64,000 bases of DNA from Vulcanimicrobiota bacterium (lineage in GTDB: Bacteria; Vulcanimicrobiota; Vulcanimicrobiia; Eremiobacterales; Eremiobacteraceae), in NCBI GenBank assembly GCA_963805945.1, contig CAWDVP010000003.1, positions 166,762-230,761 on the forward strand, given 5' to 3'. The notes beneath the pieces are model-generated. The model ran no database searches and was not told the DNA's origin. It saw only the letters and a program-made list of their open reading frames with translations. Positions 9,579 to 19,546 of the stretch are shown in pieces (position 1 is the stretch's first letter; every line of letters starts with the position of its first letter). The position numbers and the translations under genes were made by a program.

Positions 9579-9633
9579 TGACTATGAATAAGTAGTCAGT
9601 TGACTAGCCTTTATTAGTCTTTTGTGCGACAAT
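9579..9633 (+). promoter_or_regulatory. Twin palindromic operators and extended -10 of the wHTH/NTase operon
   Basis: TGACTA-N8-TAGTCA (9579-9598) and TGACTA-N8-TAGTCT (9601-9620); TGcGACAAT at 9625-9633. Confidence 0.65.
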
Positions 9634-9640
9634 ATGCCCC

Positions 9641-9979
9641 ATGAGCCTCATAGCCGCCCCAAGCATTTTCGGGAGCCCGCGAAGGACGCAGCTGCTCGTC
9701 TTGCTCGCGCTCCTGGAAGAGAGCTACCCTCGAGAACTAGCACGGCTCTTGAACGCGCCGCTCCTGACGGTCCAGAAGATCGTCGACGCGTTCGAGCGCG
9801 AAGGTCTCCTTGCCACGCGCTTGGTGGGAAATCAGCGGCGGGTGACGCTCAACCCGCGATTTTATGGAGTCAAGCCGCTTAAGGAGCTGCTCTTAGGCCT
9901 CGCCGAGGGCTCGCCTGAACTGCAGACGATCGCCGCGTCCCTTCGGCGGCGGCCCCGACGCAAAGGTAAAAAGCTCTGA
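9641..9979 (+). CDS. Winged-helix DNA-binding protein (putative antitoxin/autorepressor)
   Basis: IFGSPRRTQLL...YPRELARLL...VQKIVDAFEREGLL; basic tail RRRPRRKGKKL. Confidence 0.8.
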   Translation: MSLIAAPSIFGSPRRTQLLVLLALLEESYPRELARLLNAPLLTVQKIVDAFEREGLLATRLVGNQRRVTLNPRFYGVKPLKELLLGLAEGSPELQTIAASLRRRPRRKGKKL

Positions 9980-9993
9980 TCATCACCGCCGCG

Positions 9994-10521
9994 ATGTCGC
10001 TGCCAGATGTCGCATTCATCGTGTGCACAGCCTTATCGAAGAGCGGCCTCAAGGCCGTACTGACCGGCGGGAGCGCCGCCACGTATTACGCGCCACGCGC
10101 CTATCAATCTCGCGATATGGACTTCGTCATCCAATTCGTCGAAGGGGAAGGTCGGCGACGCGGAGCGGATGCGCTCAAGAGCCTTGGATACAAGGAGCTG
10201 GGCGGCACGTACGATCACGCCCTCAGCCCCTTCACCCTGGAGTTCCCTCCTGGGCCGCTCGCCGTCGGTGACGACCTCATCCGCGAGTGGGCCACGATAG
10301 AACGAACGGACATGCTGCTGCATGTGCTGACCCCAACCGATTGCGTGAGAGACCGGCTTCTGTGGTTCTATCTGCAACCGACGGACCGCAGCAGTCTCGC
10401 CGCAGCAGTAGGCGTCGCACGATCGCAATCGGTCGACATCGATCTCGTCCGGTCATGGAGCAGTCGCGAAGGCTTTGCGGACAAGTTCGAAGAGTTCACG
10501 AAGCGCGTGCGTGCGGGGTGA
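9994..10521 (+). CDS. Pol-beta-like nucleotidyltransferase (AbiEii/MenT-like, putative toxin)
   Basis: VLTGGSAA...SRDMDFV: GG plus DxD NTase signature. Confidence 0.72.
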   Translation: MSLPDVAFIVCTALSKSGLKAVLTGGSAATYYAPRAYQSRDMDFVIQFVEGEGRRRGADALKSLGYKELGGTYDHALSPFTLEFPPGPLAVGDDLIREWATIERTDMLLHVLTPTDCVRDRLLWFYLQPTDRSSLAAAVGVARSQSVDIDLVRSWSSREGFADKFEEFTKRVRAG

Positions 10522-10535
10522 GTCCGCCGGTCGGA

Positions 10536-11093
10536 TCAGACGCGGGAGATGTACTTGTGGTCGCGCGTGTCGATCCGTATCTTGTCGCCCGGGTTGATGA
10601 AGATCGGCACCTGGATCATCGCGCCGGTCTCGAGCTTGGCGGGTTTGGTGAGGTTGGTCGCGGTATCGCCGCGGAAGCCGGGGTCGGTCTCGACGACTTC
10701 GAGCTCGATGTGGTTGGGCAGCGCCGCGCCGATGATCTTGCCGTCGTGGAACTGCACGTCGATGACCATGCCCTCTTTGAGGAGGTCGGTGCCGTCGCCT
10801 AAGACCTCGCGGCCGAGGTGCGTCTGCTCGTAGTTCGACTGGTCCATGAAATGGTACTCGTCGCCGCTGTTGTAGAGATATTGCATCTCGCGCGTGTCGA
10901 TGGTGGCGCGTGTGAGCATCTCGCCCGCGCGGAAGGTCTTCTCAAGGATGTTGCCGCGGATGACGTTCTTCAGCCGCGTGCGGACGAACGCCGAGCCCTT
11001 GCCGGGCTTGACGTGCTGGAAGTCGACCACGGTCCACAGCTGGCCGTCGACGATGATCGAAACGCCGTTGCGGAAGTCGTTGCTCGAGATCAT
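10536..11093 (-). CDS. efp: Elongation factor P
   Basis: MISSNDFRNG, HVKPGKGSAFVR, PGFRGDTA. Confidence 0.97.
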   Translation of the reverse strand: MISSNDFRNGVSIIVDGQLWTVVDFQHVKPGKGSAFVRTRLKNVIRGNILEKTFRAGEMLTRATIDTREMQYLYNSGDEYHFMDQSNYEQTHLGREVLGDGTDLLKEGMVIDVQFHDGKIIGAALPNHIELEVVETDPGFRGDTATNLTKPAKLETGAMIQVPIFINPGDKIRIDTRDHKYISRV

Positions 11094-11719
11094 GAGGCTC
11101 CTTGCGTGGGCTTTTGTCCGATTTTGGGTTCGGTGCCGGCGCGCAGCCGCTCGATGTTCGCGCGATGCCGCCACAGCACGAATGCGAGCGCGAGGACGCC
11201 GTACGCGGTGTACGGCCAGGGCGCGTGCAGCACGTACATCACGATCGGCGCGACGGCGGTGGCGAGCATCGAGGCCAGCGACGAGTAGCGTGTGAGCATC
11301 GCGGTCGCCAGGAAGACGACCGCCCATGCGAGCGCCGCCGGGAACGACAACACCACGAGCACACCTAATCCGGTGGCCACGCCCTTGCCGCCTTCGAATT
11401 TCAGGAAGATCGACCAGTTGTGTCCGACGATTGTCGCAAGGCCGACGATCGCCACCACAAGCGGTGAGGAGTGCAGCAGATACATGGCGACTGCGGTCGG
11501 CAAGCTGCCCTTGATGACGTCGCCAAGCAGGGTGAGGGCTGCGCCGCCCGCGCCCAGCGCGCGCAACGCGTTGGCCGCGCCGATGTTGCCACTGCCGACC
11601 GTGCGGGGATCGACGCCGTACAGACCTCTGCCCACCACGATGCCGAAGGGTATCGAGCCGACCACGTAAGCCGCCACGATGCAGACGACGTCGGCGATGC
11701 GCAGATCGGCGACGATCAC
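11090..11719 (-). CDS. plsY: Glycerol-3-phosphate acyltransferase PlsY
   Basis: GSIPFG, GSGNIGAAN, GHNWSIF, GGKGVAT, RHRANIERL. Confidence 0.95.
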   Translation of the reverse strand: MIVADLRIADVVCIVAAYVVGSIPFGIVVGRGLYGVDPRTVGSGNIGAANALRALGAGGAALTLLGDVIKGSLPTAVAMYLLHSSPLVVAIVGLATIVGHNWSIFLKFEGGKGVATGLGVLVVLSFPAALAWAVVFLATAMLTRYSSLASMLATAVAPIVMYVLHAPWPYTAYGVLALAFVLWRHRANIERLRAGTEPKIGQKPTQGAS

Positions 11720-13101
11720 ACGGGTTCCTCGTCCGCCACCGCCGCCGCGATCACATCGTCGGACTTGGTGGAGTCCTGCCGCACGCGCGGCCGGAACACG
11801 AGTGAAAGCGGCGTGCCGACAAAGCCGAACGCCTCGCGCAGCGAATTCTCGAGATGCCGCTCGTACGAGAAGTGCAGCAGCTTGGGGTCGTTGACGAAGA
11901 AGACGAAGGTGGGCGGCTCGATGCCGGTCTGCGTGACGTACTGGCACGTCATCACGCGTCCGCGGAACGACGGCGGCGGATGAACGCGGAAGACATCGCG
12001 GATCACCTGGTTGAGCTTCGCGGTCGGCACACGGGTGCGGCGCGCGTCGTATGCGGCGGCGACGACGGCGAGCACCTTGTGCACGCCCCTCTTGGTGAGC
12101 GCGGAGGCATACACGATCGGCGCGTACTGCGCGAAACCGAATTCCTCGTGCAGCGCGGCCTCGGTGTCTTTACGATCGACCGCCGCGCGATCGATGAGGT
12201 CCCATTTGTTGAGCAGGATGACGAGCGCCTTGCCCTCTTCGACCGCCAGTCCCGCGATGCGCCGGTCCTGCATAGTGACGCCAAGCGTCGCGTCGATGAC
12301 GAGCAGCGCGACGTCGCATCGCCCGATCGCCGCGACCGCGCGCAGACTCGAGTAGTAGTCGAGCGCGGGACCGGTCTTGACGTGCTTGCGCACGCCGGCG
12401 GTGTCGACGATGACGTAACGGCGGCCGTCGACGTCGAGCGCGCTGTCGATCGCATCCCGCGTCGTCCCCGGCTGTGCGGAGACCAGCACGCGCTGTTTGC
12501 CCAGCAGCGCGTTGAGCAGCGAGGACTTGCCGACGTTCGGCTGGCCGACGATGGCGACGCGGATGGTGCCGTCATCGCTCGCCGCATCCGTATCGGTGTC
12601 TGGCGGCAGTTTCGCCACGATCGCTTCGAGCAGATCGCCGCTCTGCAAACCGTGGATGGCCGAGACCGCCAACGGCACGTCGAAACCGAGCGCGCAGAAC
12701 TCATAGATGGAAGCAGCCGCAGCCGGCGCCTCGACTTTGTTGGCGACAAGCAGCACTTTGCCGCGGTTCGCGCGCAGCAGTTCGGCGACGTCGTAGTCGC
12801 CGGGCATCGGCCCGGTCTGGGCGTCGACGACGAACACGACGACGTCGGCCTCGGCGATGGCGAGCTCGGCCTGCGCGCGCGTCTGCGCGGGGATGTCCTC
12901 GCTCTGCCCGGTCTCGATGCCGCCCGTGTCGACGAGCGTGAGCGTGCGTCCGGCCCAGTCGATCGGCGCGTAGAGGCGGTCGCGCGTCACGCCGGGGGTC
13001 GCATCCACGATCGCTTGGCGCGTCCCCGCGAGGCGATTGAACAGCGATGACTTGCCGACGTTGGGACGTCCAACGATGGCGACGATAGGAGAAGAAGACA
13101 C
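11716..13101 (-). CDS. der: Ribosome biogenesis GTPase Der/EngA
   Basis: Two G domains (GRPNVGKS, GQPNVGKS) plus KH-like C-terminus. Confidence 0.97.
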   Translation of the reverse strand: MSSSPIVAIVGRPNVGKSSLFNRLAGTRQAIVDATPGVTRDRLYAPIDWAGRTLTLVDTGGIETGQSEDIPAQTRAQAELAIAEADVVVFVVDAQTGPMPGDYDVAELLRANRGKVLLVANKVEAPAAAASIYEFCALGFDVPLAVSAIHGLQSGDLLEAIVAKLPPDTDTDAASDDGTIRVAIVGQPNVGKSSLLNALLGKQRVLVSAQPGTTRDAIDSALDVDGRRYVIVDTAGVRKHVKTGPALDYYSSLRAVAAIGRCDVALLVIDATLGVTMQDRRIAGLAVEEGKALVILLNKWDLIDRAAVDRKDTEAALHEEFGFAQYAPIVYASALTKRGVHKVLAVVAAAYDARRTRVPTAKLNQVIRDVFRVHPPPSFRGRVMTCQYVTQTGIEPPTFVFFVNDPKLLHFSYERHLENSLREAFGFVGTPLSLVFRPRVRQDSTKSDDVIAAAVADEEPV

Positions 13102-13159
13102 GGTGTAGGGGCATTCGCCGCCGGGGTCGCATCTCCCGGCAGAGGAGGGTCGCACGGGC

Positions 13160-13921
13160 TTGATCGCGGTCGCACTCATCATCGCCATGTCCACGGCGTC
13201 GCCGACGCCGATGGCGGCGCAATTGCCGTCGCATGGCGCGGCGTTCGTGACGACGCTGCCGCTGGGCGCGGACATATGGCTCGACGGTGCGTACGTCGGC
13301 AGGACGCCCGCGTTCGTCGATCTGCTGTCGGCGGGCAAGCACACCATCGTCGTGACGCGGACGGGCTGGGCCGCGCAGAGCGCGACCGTGCAGATCGGCG
13401 TCGGCCAGACCGTGCCCATCAGCCTGCTGCTGGCGCGCGCGACGACGGCCGCGACCAACCGCAGCTTCGGCACGCTCGACGTGCGCGGTTCGCCTGCCGG
13501 CGCGAGCGTGTACGTGGACGGCGAGAAGATCGGCGGCCTTCCCGCGACCGGCAAGAAGGTGCGCGCCGGCTACCACATCATCACCGTGGTCGGCAACGGC
13601 TCGGAGCGCTCGACGCGCGACGTCAACGTGTTTCCCGACACCGCGACCACTGTGACGATCACCGCGGGCGAGCCCGGCGGTCCCGCCGGCGACATCCTCG
13701 AACCGGTCGCTTCGTATATCCCTGCCGAGGACGTGTCGGTCCAGGGCGCCCAGGTCGCGATCAAGTACCGCGGCGCCGACGTGCGCTGTTCGCTCGGCTC
13801 GCGCACCTACACGCTCAACGGCAAGGAAGGGCTGCTGTCGATGGCGCCGACGATGCTGAGCGGCAAGTTGTACCTGCCGCTGTCGCTGCTGCAGCACATC
13901 ACCGGCGCGCCGTCGCACTAG
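13160..13921 (+). CDS. Secreted PEGA-domain protein with C-terminal stalk/copper-amine-oxidase-N-like segment
   Basis: Two PEGA-like repeats (PLGADIWLDG, PAGASVYVDG); APTMLSGKLYLPL. Confidence 0.75.
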   Translation: MIAVALIIAMSTASPTPMAAQLPSHGAAFVTTLPLGADIWLDGAYVGRTPAFVDLLSAGKHTIVVTRTGWAAQSATVQIGVGQTVPISLLLARATTAATNRSFGTLDVRGSPAGASVYVDGEKIGGLPATGKKVRAGYHIITVVGNGSERSTRDVNVFPDTATTVTITAGEPGGPAGDILEPVASYIPAEDVSVQGAQVAIKYRGADVRCSLGSRTYTLNGKEGLLSMAPTMLSGKLYLPLSLLQHITGAPSH

Positions 13922-13959
13922 ACAAGGCCCGCGCGGTGCGCCCGCGAAACAGGTGCGCC

Positions 13960-15282
13960 ATGCCCTCGGTCTATCTTCAGACGTTCGGCTGTCAGATGAA
14001 CGCGGCCGACTCCAACGGCCTCGCACATCAGGCGTGGTCGATGGGCTGCACCTTCACGCCGACGCCTGAGGATGCGGACATCATCATCGTCAACACCTGC
14101 GCGATCCGCGAGAAGGCCGAACTGCGCGTGTACGGCCGCCTCGGCCAGTTCAAGCCGCTCAAGGAACGGCGACCCGACACGAAACTGCTCGTCGCCGGCT
14201 GCCTCGCTGAGAAAGATCGCCAGATCATGCGCCGCAAAGCGCCCCACGTCGACGCGCTGCTCGGACCGCGCGACTACAAGCAATTCAAGGCGCTGCTCGC
14301 CTCGTGGGGCGTCTCTACCGATGCGCCGCCGCCGGACACCGACTTCGCGATGCCCTCGCTCGAGGACGACCCGGGCCACGACGGCGCCGCCGAATTCGCG
14401 CACGTGCGCTCGCTCGTCAACATCACCCGCGGCTGCGAGAAGTTCTGCACCTACTGCATCGTGCCGTACACCCGCGGCCCGCTCGAGAGCATCGACCCGG
14501 ATGAGGTGGAGGCGCAGGTGCGCCGCGAGATCCGCTGCGGCGCCAAAGAGATCACGCTGCTCGGGCAAAACGTCAACTCGTACTACTGGGCGCCGAGCGA
14601 GCTCGACTTCGCCGGCCTGCTGCTGCGCATCGGCGCCATCGAAGGACTGGAGCGGCTCACCTTTCTGACGTCGCATCCCAAAGATTTCGGACCGCGCGTC
14701 GTCGACGCGCTCGCGCAGGTGCCCAACATCGTGCCGCGGCTGCACCTGCCCGTGCAGTGCGGCAGCAACCGCGTGCTCGGGGCGATGGCGCGTCTCTATA
14801 CTATCGAAGAGTACGTCGACAAGATCGCCTATTTCCGCGAGCGTCTGCCGCGCTGGGCGCTCACCACCGATCTCATCGTCGGCTATCCGACCGAGACGGA
14901 AGAAGATTTTCTCCAGACGCTCGACCTCGTGGAGCGCGGCACGTTCGAATACGCGTTCATCTTCGCATATTCGCCGCGCACGGGCACGCCGGCGGCGACG
15001 ATGGAGCCGCAAGTGCCGCCGCCAGAGAAGATCCGCCGCCTCCAAGCCGTCAACACCGCGCAGAACGAGGTGACGAAGCGCTTCAACGAGTCGTTCCTCG
15101 GCGAGACGGTCCGCGTGCTCGCGCAAGGACCCTCCAAGAAAGATCCTGCGAACATGGCGGGCAAGACCGGGCACAACACGACCGTGATCTATCCGCGCGA
15201 CGACCGCACGAAATTCGCGCCGGTCGTCGACGTGGCCGTCGAGCAGGCCTATTCCTGGGGGCTTGCCGGAACCGTCAGCTGA
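13960..15282 (+). CDS. miaB: tRNA-2-methylthio-N6-dimethylallyladenosine synthase MiaB
   Basis: TFGCQMN, NTCAIREKAE, GCEKFCTYC, TRAM-like tail. Confidence 0.95.
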   Translation: MPSVYLQTFGCQMNAADSNGLAHQAWSMGCTFTPTPEDADIIIVNTCAIREKAELRVYGRLGQFKPLKERRPDTKLLVAGCLAEKDRQIMRRKAPHVDALLGPRDYKQFKALLASWGVSTDAPPPDTDFAMPSLEDDPGHDGAAEFAHVRSLVNITRGCEKFCTYCIVPYTRGPLESIDPDEVEAQVRREIRCGAKEITLLGQNVNSYYWAPSELDFAGLLLRIGAIEGLERLTFLTSHPKDFGPRVVDALAQVPNIVPRLHLPVQCGSNRVLGAMARLYTIEEYVDKIAYFRERLPRWALTTDLIVGYPTETEEDFLQTLDLVERGTFEYAFIFAYSPRTGTPAATMEPQVPPPEKIRRLQAVNTAQNEVTKRFNESFLGETVRVLAQGPSKKDPANMAGKTGHNTTVIYPRDDRTKFAPVVDVAVEQAYSWGLAGTVS

Positions 15283-15356
15283 CCATCCGCAAGGGCGCGC
15301 GCGGCGCGCTCGCCCCGCACGAAGACCGGCAGTCGCCCGGCGCAGGACACAAACCG

Positions 15357-17848
15357 GTGGTGCCCACCGACGATGCCATCAGCTCGCCGCTCATCGCGCA
15401 GTACCTCGAACTGAAGTCCGTGTATCCCGAGGCGCTGCTGCTCATGCGCGTCGGCGATTTCTACGAAGCGTATGGCGCCGACGCCGACGAGCTCGCCGCG
15501 CTCGTGCAGATCGTGCTCACGTCGAAGGAGGCGGGCAAGGGCAAGCGCGTCGCCATGGCGGGCGTGCCCTACCATAACCTCGATCCGTATCTCGGCCGGC
15601 TGGTGCGCAAACTGCGCGTCGTCGCCATCGCCGAACAGATGGAGCCGCCGGCGCCGAACCGTCTCGTGCGCCGCGAGATCGTCCGCGTCATCACGCCGGG
15701 CACGCTGCTCGAAGACCAGCTGCTCGCCCCGGAGCGCAACAATTACTTGGTCGCGGTCGCCGTGGCCGCCGGCCACACCGCGGTGGCGTCGGCAGACGTC
15801 TCGACCGGCGGTGCCACCGTCGCGCTCGCTGACGCCGATGATGAGTTCGCGGCTGAGCTCGATCGCGCGACGCCTGCAGAGGTCATCGTGGAGAGCGAGG
15901 CGGACGCGCGGCGTGTGCGGCCGCTGGTGGGCGAAGACTGCCGCGTGGCGATCTTCGAGAACGGTCGAATGAAGTCCGACCGCTCCATATGACTTGGAGT
16001 TGGAGAAGGCGTTCTCCATCGACGAGCGGCCGGCAGCGCGTGCCGCACTCGACTTGCTCGCCGCATATCTCGACCATCTCAAACTCGATGGTTCCGCCGT
16101 CGCACGCCGCGCGCGGCCGCGCATGGCGCGCTCCGCCATGCAGATCGATCCGGGCACGCGCCGGCACCTCGAGCTCATCGCCGGCGCCGGCGAGAACTCG
16201 CGAGCCTGCCTGCTCGGCGTGCTCATGCGCACCAAGACGCCGATGGGCGGGCGCCTGCTCGCGCAGTGGGTGTGCGCGCCGCTGGTCGACGTCGAGCGGA
16301 TCGAGAGGCGGCACGACCGCGTCGAGCGCCTCGTCGAGGCGCCGTCGTGGCGCGCCGCGCTCCAGACATGCCTGCAGCGTATCGGCGACATCGAGCGCAT
16401 CACCGCCAAAGTGCGCTCTCGCCGCGCGAGTCCTCGCGATCTCGGTGCGCTGCGCGCCTCGCTCGAGGGCGTCGCGCAGCTGCGGCAGACGCTCGCGGAG
16501 TCTCGCGCGTCCACAGATGTTCTTGGCGACGGCGAGCTGGACCGCGACGGCGCCTGCGCGCGCATCGCCGCGCTGCTCGCTACCACGCTGGTAGACGAAG
16601 CGCCCGCGACGATCGCCGAGGGCGGCGCGATCCGGCCCGACTGCTCACCCGAGCTGCGAGAACTCGTCGAGCTGCGCACGCGCAGCAAGGAGCTGCTGCT
16701 CGCGCTCGAAGAGCGCACGCGCGCGCGCAGCGGCATCAAGTCGCTCAAGATCAAGTACACGCAAGCGTTCGGCTACTATTATGAGGTCACGCGCGCCAAC
16801 GCGAACGCGATTCCCGCCGACTTCATCCGCCGCCAGTCGCTCGTCAACGCGGAGCGGTTCACCGATGCGGACCTGCGCGCGCTCGAAGCGGACATACTCT
16901 CAGCCCGCTCGCGTCAGATCGCGCTCGAGAAAGAGCTCTTCGAGACGCTGCTCGCGTCGGTCGCCGACGCGTCAGAGGCGCTGCTCGTCGCGGCGGAGGC
17001 CGTCGCGGAGATCGACGTCTACGCATCGCTTGGCCCAAGTCGCGGGCGAACGGCGCTACGTGCGGCCGGCGCTTTCGCAGACGAGCGAGATGCACGTGCG
17101 CGCCGGCCGGCATCCGGTGGTCGAGGCGTACGGCGGCGTGGATTTCGTGCCCAACGATTGCGAGCTCGACGCGAAGCGGCGCTTCTTGCTGATCACCGGA
17201 CCGAACATGGGCGGCAAGTCGACTTATCTGCGCCAGACCGGCCTCATCGCGATCCTCGCGCAGATGGGATCGTTCGTGCCGGCCGAGTCGGCGCACCTCG
17301 GTATCGTCGACCGGCTCTTCACGCGCATCGGCGCCGGCGACGACATCGCCGCCGGACGCTCGACGTTCTATGTCGAGATGGCCGAGATGGCGCTCGTGCT
17401 GCGCGGCTGCACGCCGGCGAGCCTGCTGCTCGTCGACGAGATCGGCCGCGGCACGGGCACGACCGACGGCCTCGCCATCGCCCAGGCGGTCAGCGAGTAT
17501 ATGCTGGGGCTGGACGAGGCCACCCCCATGGTGCTGTTCGCCACACATTTCCACGAGCTCGTCCGCCTCTCCGCGAGCTTTCCCAGCGTCGAGAACCTGC
17601 ATGTCGCGGTGGCTGAGGAACCCGGTGGCCCGGTGTTCTCGCATCGCCTGCTGCACGGGTCGAGCAGCCGTTCGTACGGCATCGCGGTGGCCAAGATGGC
17701 CGGCCTGCCGCTCGAGGTGGTGGAGCGGGCCCAGGCAATTGCCGATGATATTGAGCAGAGGCCCGGCCCCTCGCCCGCGCCGCTGCGCAAGCGACCGGGA
17801 GCCGGCGCCCCCGGCGACTCGCAGCTGAAGCTCGACGTCGGCCAATGA
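15357..17848 (+). CDS. mutS: DNA mismatch repair MutS (two frameshifts, near 15985 and 17030)
   Basis: RVGDFYE, TPGT, TGPNMGGKST, STFYVEM, DEIGRGT, FATHF spread over three frames. Confidence 0.92.
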
Positions 17849-17899
17849 CACGTCTTGGGGACCGCGGAGACAGCCATCTTAAGAAGCGTATCGTATCCT

Positions 17900-19423
17900 A
17901 TGATCGTCGCCGTGGCGCGCTGGCTCGCCGTGGCGCAGGTGCTGTTGGCGCCGCTCGTGCTGCCCATCCCCATCTGGCTCGTCGCAGCTTTGCTCGGCTA
18001 TGCGCTCGTCGCGACCGCGCTCGCCGCGATGCCGCGGCTGTCCAAGCGTCCGCAAGATAAGAAGGACGAGCTCCCCGAAATCGCGCTGGCCGGCATCATC
18101 CTCTTGGATGTCGCCGCGACCGCGGCCGTAGGCTGGTTCTCCGGCGTCAGTTCGCTCGCGCTCATCGTCGGCTTGGATGCCGCCGCGTTGTCGGACGTCG
18201 CCGCGATCGTGTTCATCGGCATGTCCTCGGTGTGCGTCACCGTCGCCATCGCGCTCGGCCATCCGACCGATGCCGCCGGCAGACCGTCCGACATCCTGGC
18301 GATCTTCGGCTACGCCGTCGCGCTGCCGCTCATCCCGTTCATCGCCGCCGCGCACGGCCTGCTCGGCCGGCGCCGCGCGGAGCAGCAGACGCGCTCCATC
18401 ATGCGCGTGCTCGACGCGGGCTCGGACCTGGGCACGAAAGTCACGCTCGCCGAGGCGCTCAACCAGCTCATCATCATGCTGCGCGAGTTCCGCGAGTCGG
18501 TGCCGTGGAGCAACGCGGTCGTGTATGTCGTGCGGCCCGACGAAGAGGCGCAGGACGAACTGCTCGTCGAGGAAGCGGTCGAGGGGGCATACGCCGATTT
18601 CTATCGCGGCAGCAAGCTGCGCTTCGGCGAAGGCGTCGTCGGTTTCGCCGCGACCGAACAGCGGCCGCTCATCGTCAGCGACATCCAAAAAGATTATCGT
18701 GAGGCGTCGCTGCCCCGCCCGAAAGCGGCGCGCGCCGCCTTGGTGGTGCCGATCGTCTCCGAGCGCATCACCATCGGCTGCGTCATGCTCGTCGCGCCCA
18801 AAGCGGGCGTCTTCACCTTCGAACAGCAGCGGCTGGTCGATCGGCTGGTGCGCCTCGCGTCGGTCGGCATCCAGAACGCGCGACTGCACAGCAAGACCTT
18901 GGAGCTCGCCGAGACCGACTCGATGACCGGGCTGCTCACGAACCGCGCGTATCAGGAGCGGCTCGAGGCGGAGTTCCGCCGCGCGCAGCTGTCGAAGCAG
19001 TCGCTCGCCTTGCTCATCCTCGACGTCGATTTCTTCAAGCACGTCAACGACACGTACGGCCATCCGCAGGGCGACGAACTGCTCAAGCAGCTCGGCGACG
19101 TCCTGCGCCAGCACGCGCGCAAGATCGACATCTGCTGCCGCTACGGCGGCGACGAGTTCGTCGTGCTCATGCCTGAGACGATCAAAGCCGAGGCCGCCAT
19201 GGTGGCGGGTCGGTTGCGCCAGGCCATCGAGAGCAACGAGTTCCAGCTCGAGACGACGACGGCGAAGATCACCGTCTCGATCGGCGTGGCAGGCTATCCG
19301 CAGGACGTCTCGACCAAGCAGCAGCTGGTGAAATCGGCCGACACCGCGCTCTATTCGGCCAAGCAGGCGGGGCGCAACAACGTGAAGCTGGCGGTCCGCG
19401 ACACGCTTCCAGTCCGTATGTAG
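17900..19423 (+). CDS. Membrane GAF-GGDEF diguanylate cyclase
   Basis: About 5 TM segments, GAF region, DSMTGL, intact GGDEF with RKID I-site. Confidence 0.93.
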   Translation: MIVAVARWLAVAQVLLAPLVLPIPIWLVAALLGYALVATALAAMPRLSKRPQDKKDELPEIALAGIILLDVAATAAVGWFSGVSSLALIVGLDAAALSDVAAIVFIGMSSVCVTVAIALGHPTDAAGRPSDILAIFGYAVALPLIPFIAAAHGLLGRRRAEQQTRSIMRVLDAGSDLGTKVTLAEALNQLIIMLREFRESVPWSNAVVYVVRPDEEAQDELLVEEAVEGAYADFYRGSKLRFGEGVVGFAATEQRPLIVSDIQKDYREASLPRPKAARAALVVPIVSERITIGCVMLVAPKAGVFTFEQQRLVDRLVRLASVGIQNARLHSKTLELAETDSMTGLLTNRAYQERLEAEFRRAQLSKQSLALLILDVDFFKHVNDTYGHPQGDELLKQLGDVLRQHARKIDICCRYGGDEFVVLMPETIKAEAAMVAGRLRQAIESNEFQLETTTAKITVSIGVAGYPQDVSTKQQLVKSADTALYSAKQAGRNNVKLAVRDTLPVRM

Positions 19424-19506
19424 GGGTCGAGCTTTAGCTCGACCCAGTTGAATTTATTCGACCGAGGCGGCGTCTCTGACGGTCGAGTAAACTCGACCGC
19501 TCCACA
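19420..19506. repeat. Inverted REP pair (REPIN-like)
   Basis: GTAG-GGGTCGAGC-TTTA-GCTCGACCC on plus; GTGGAGC-GGTCGAG-TTTA-CTCGACC on minus. Confidence 0.75.
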
Positions 19507-19546
19507 CCAAGAGATTGAAGCGCGAGGCGGCGAAGCGCCCGAGCGC

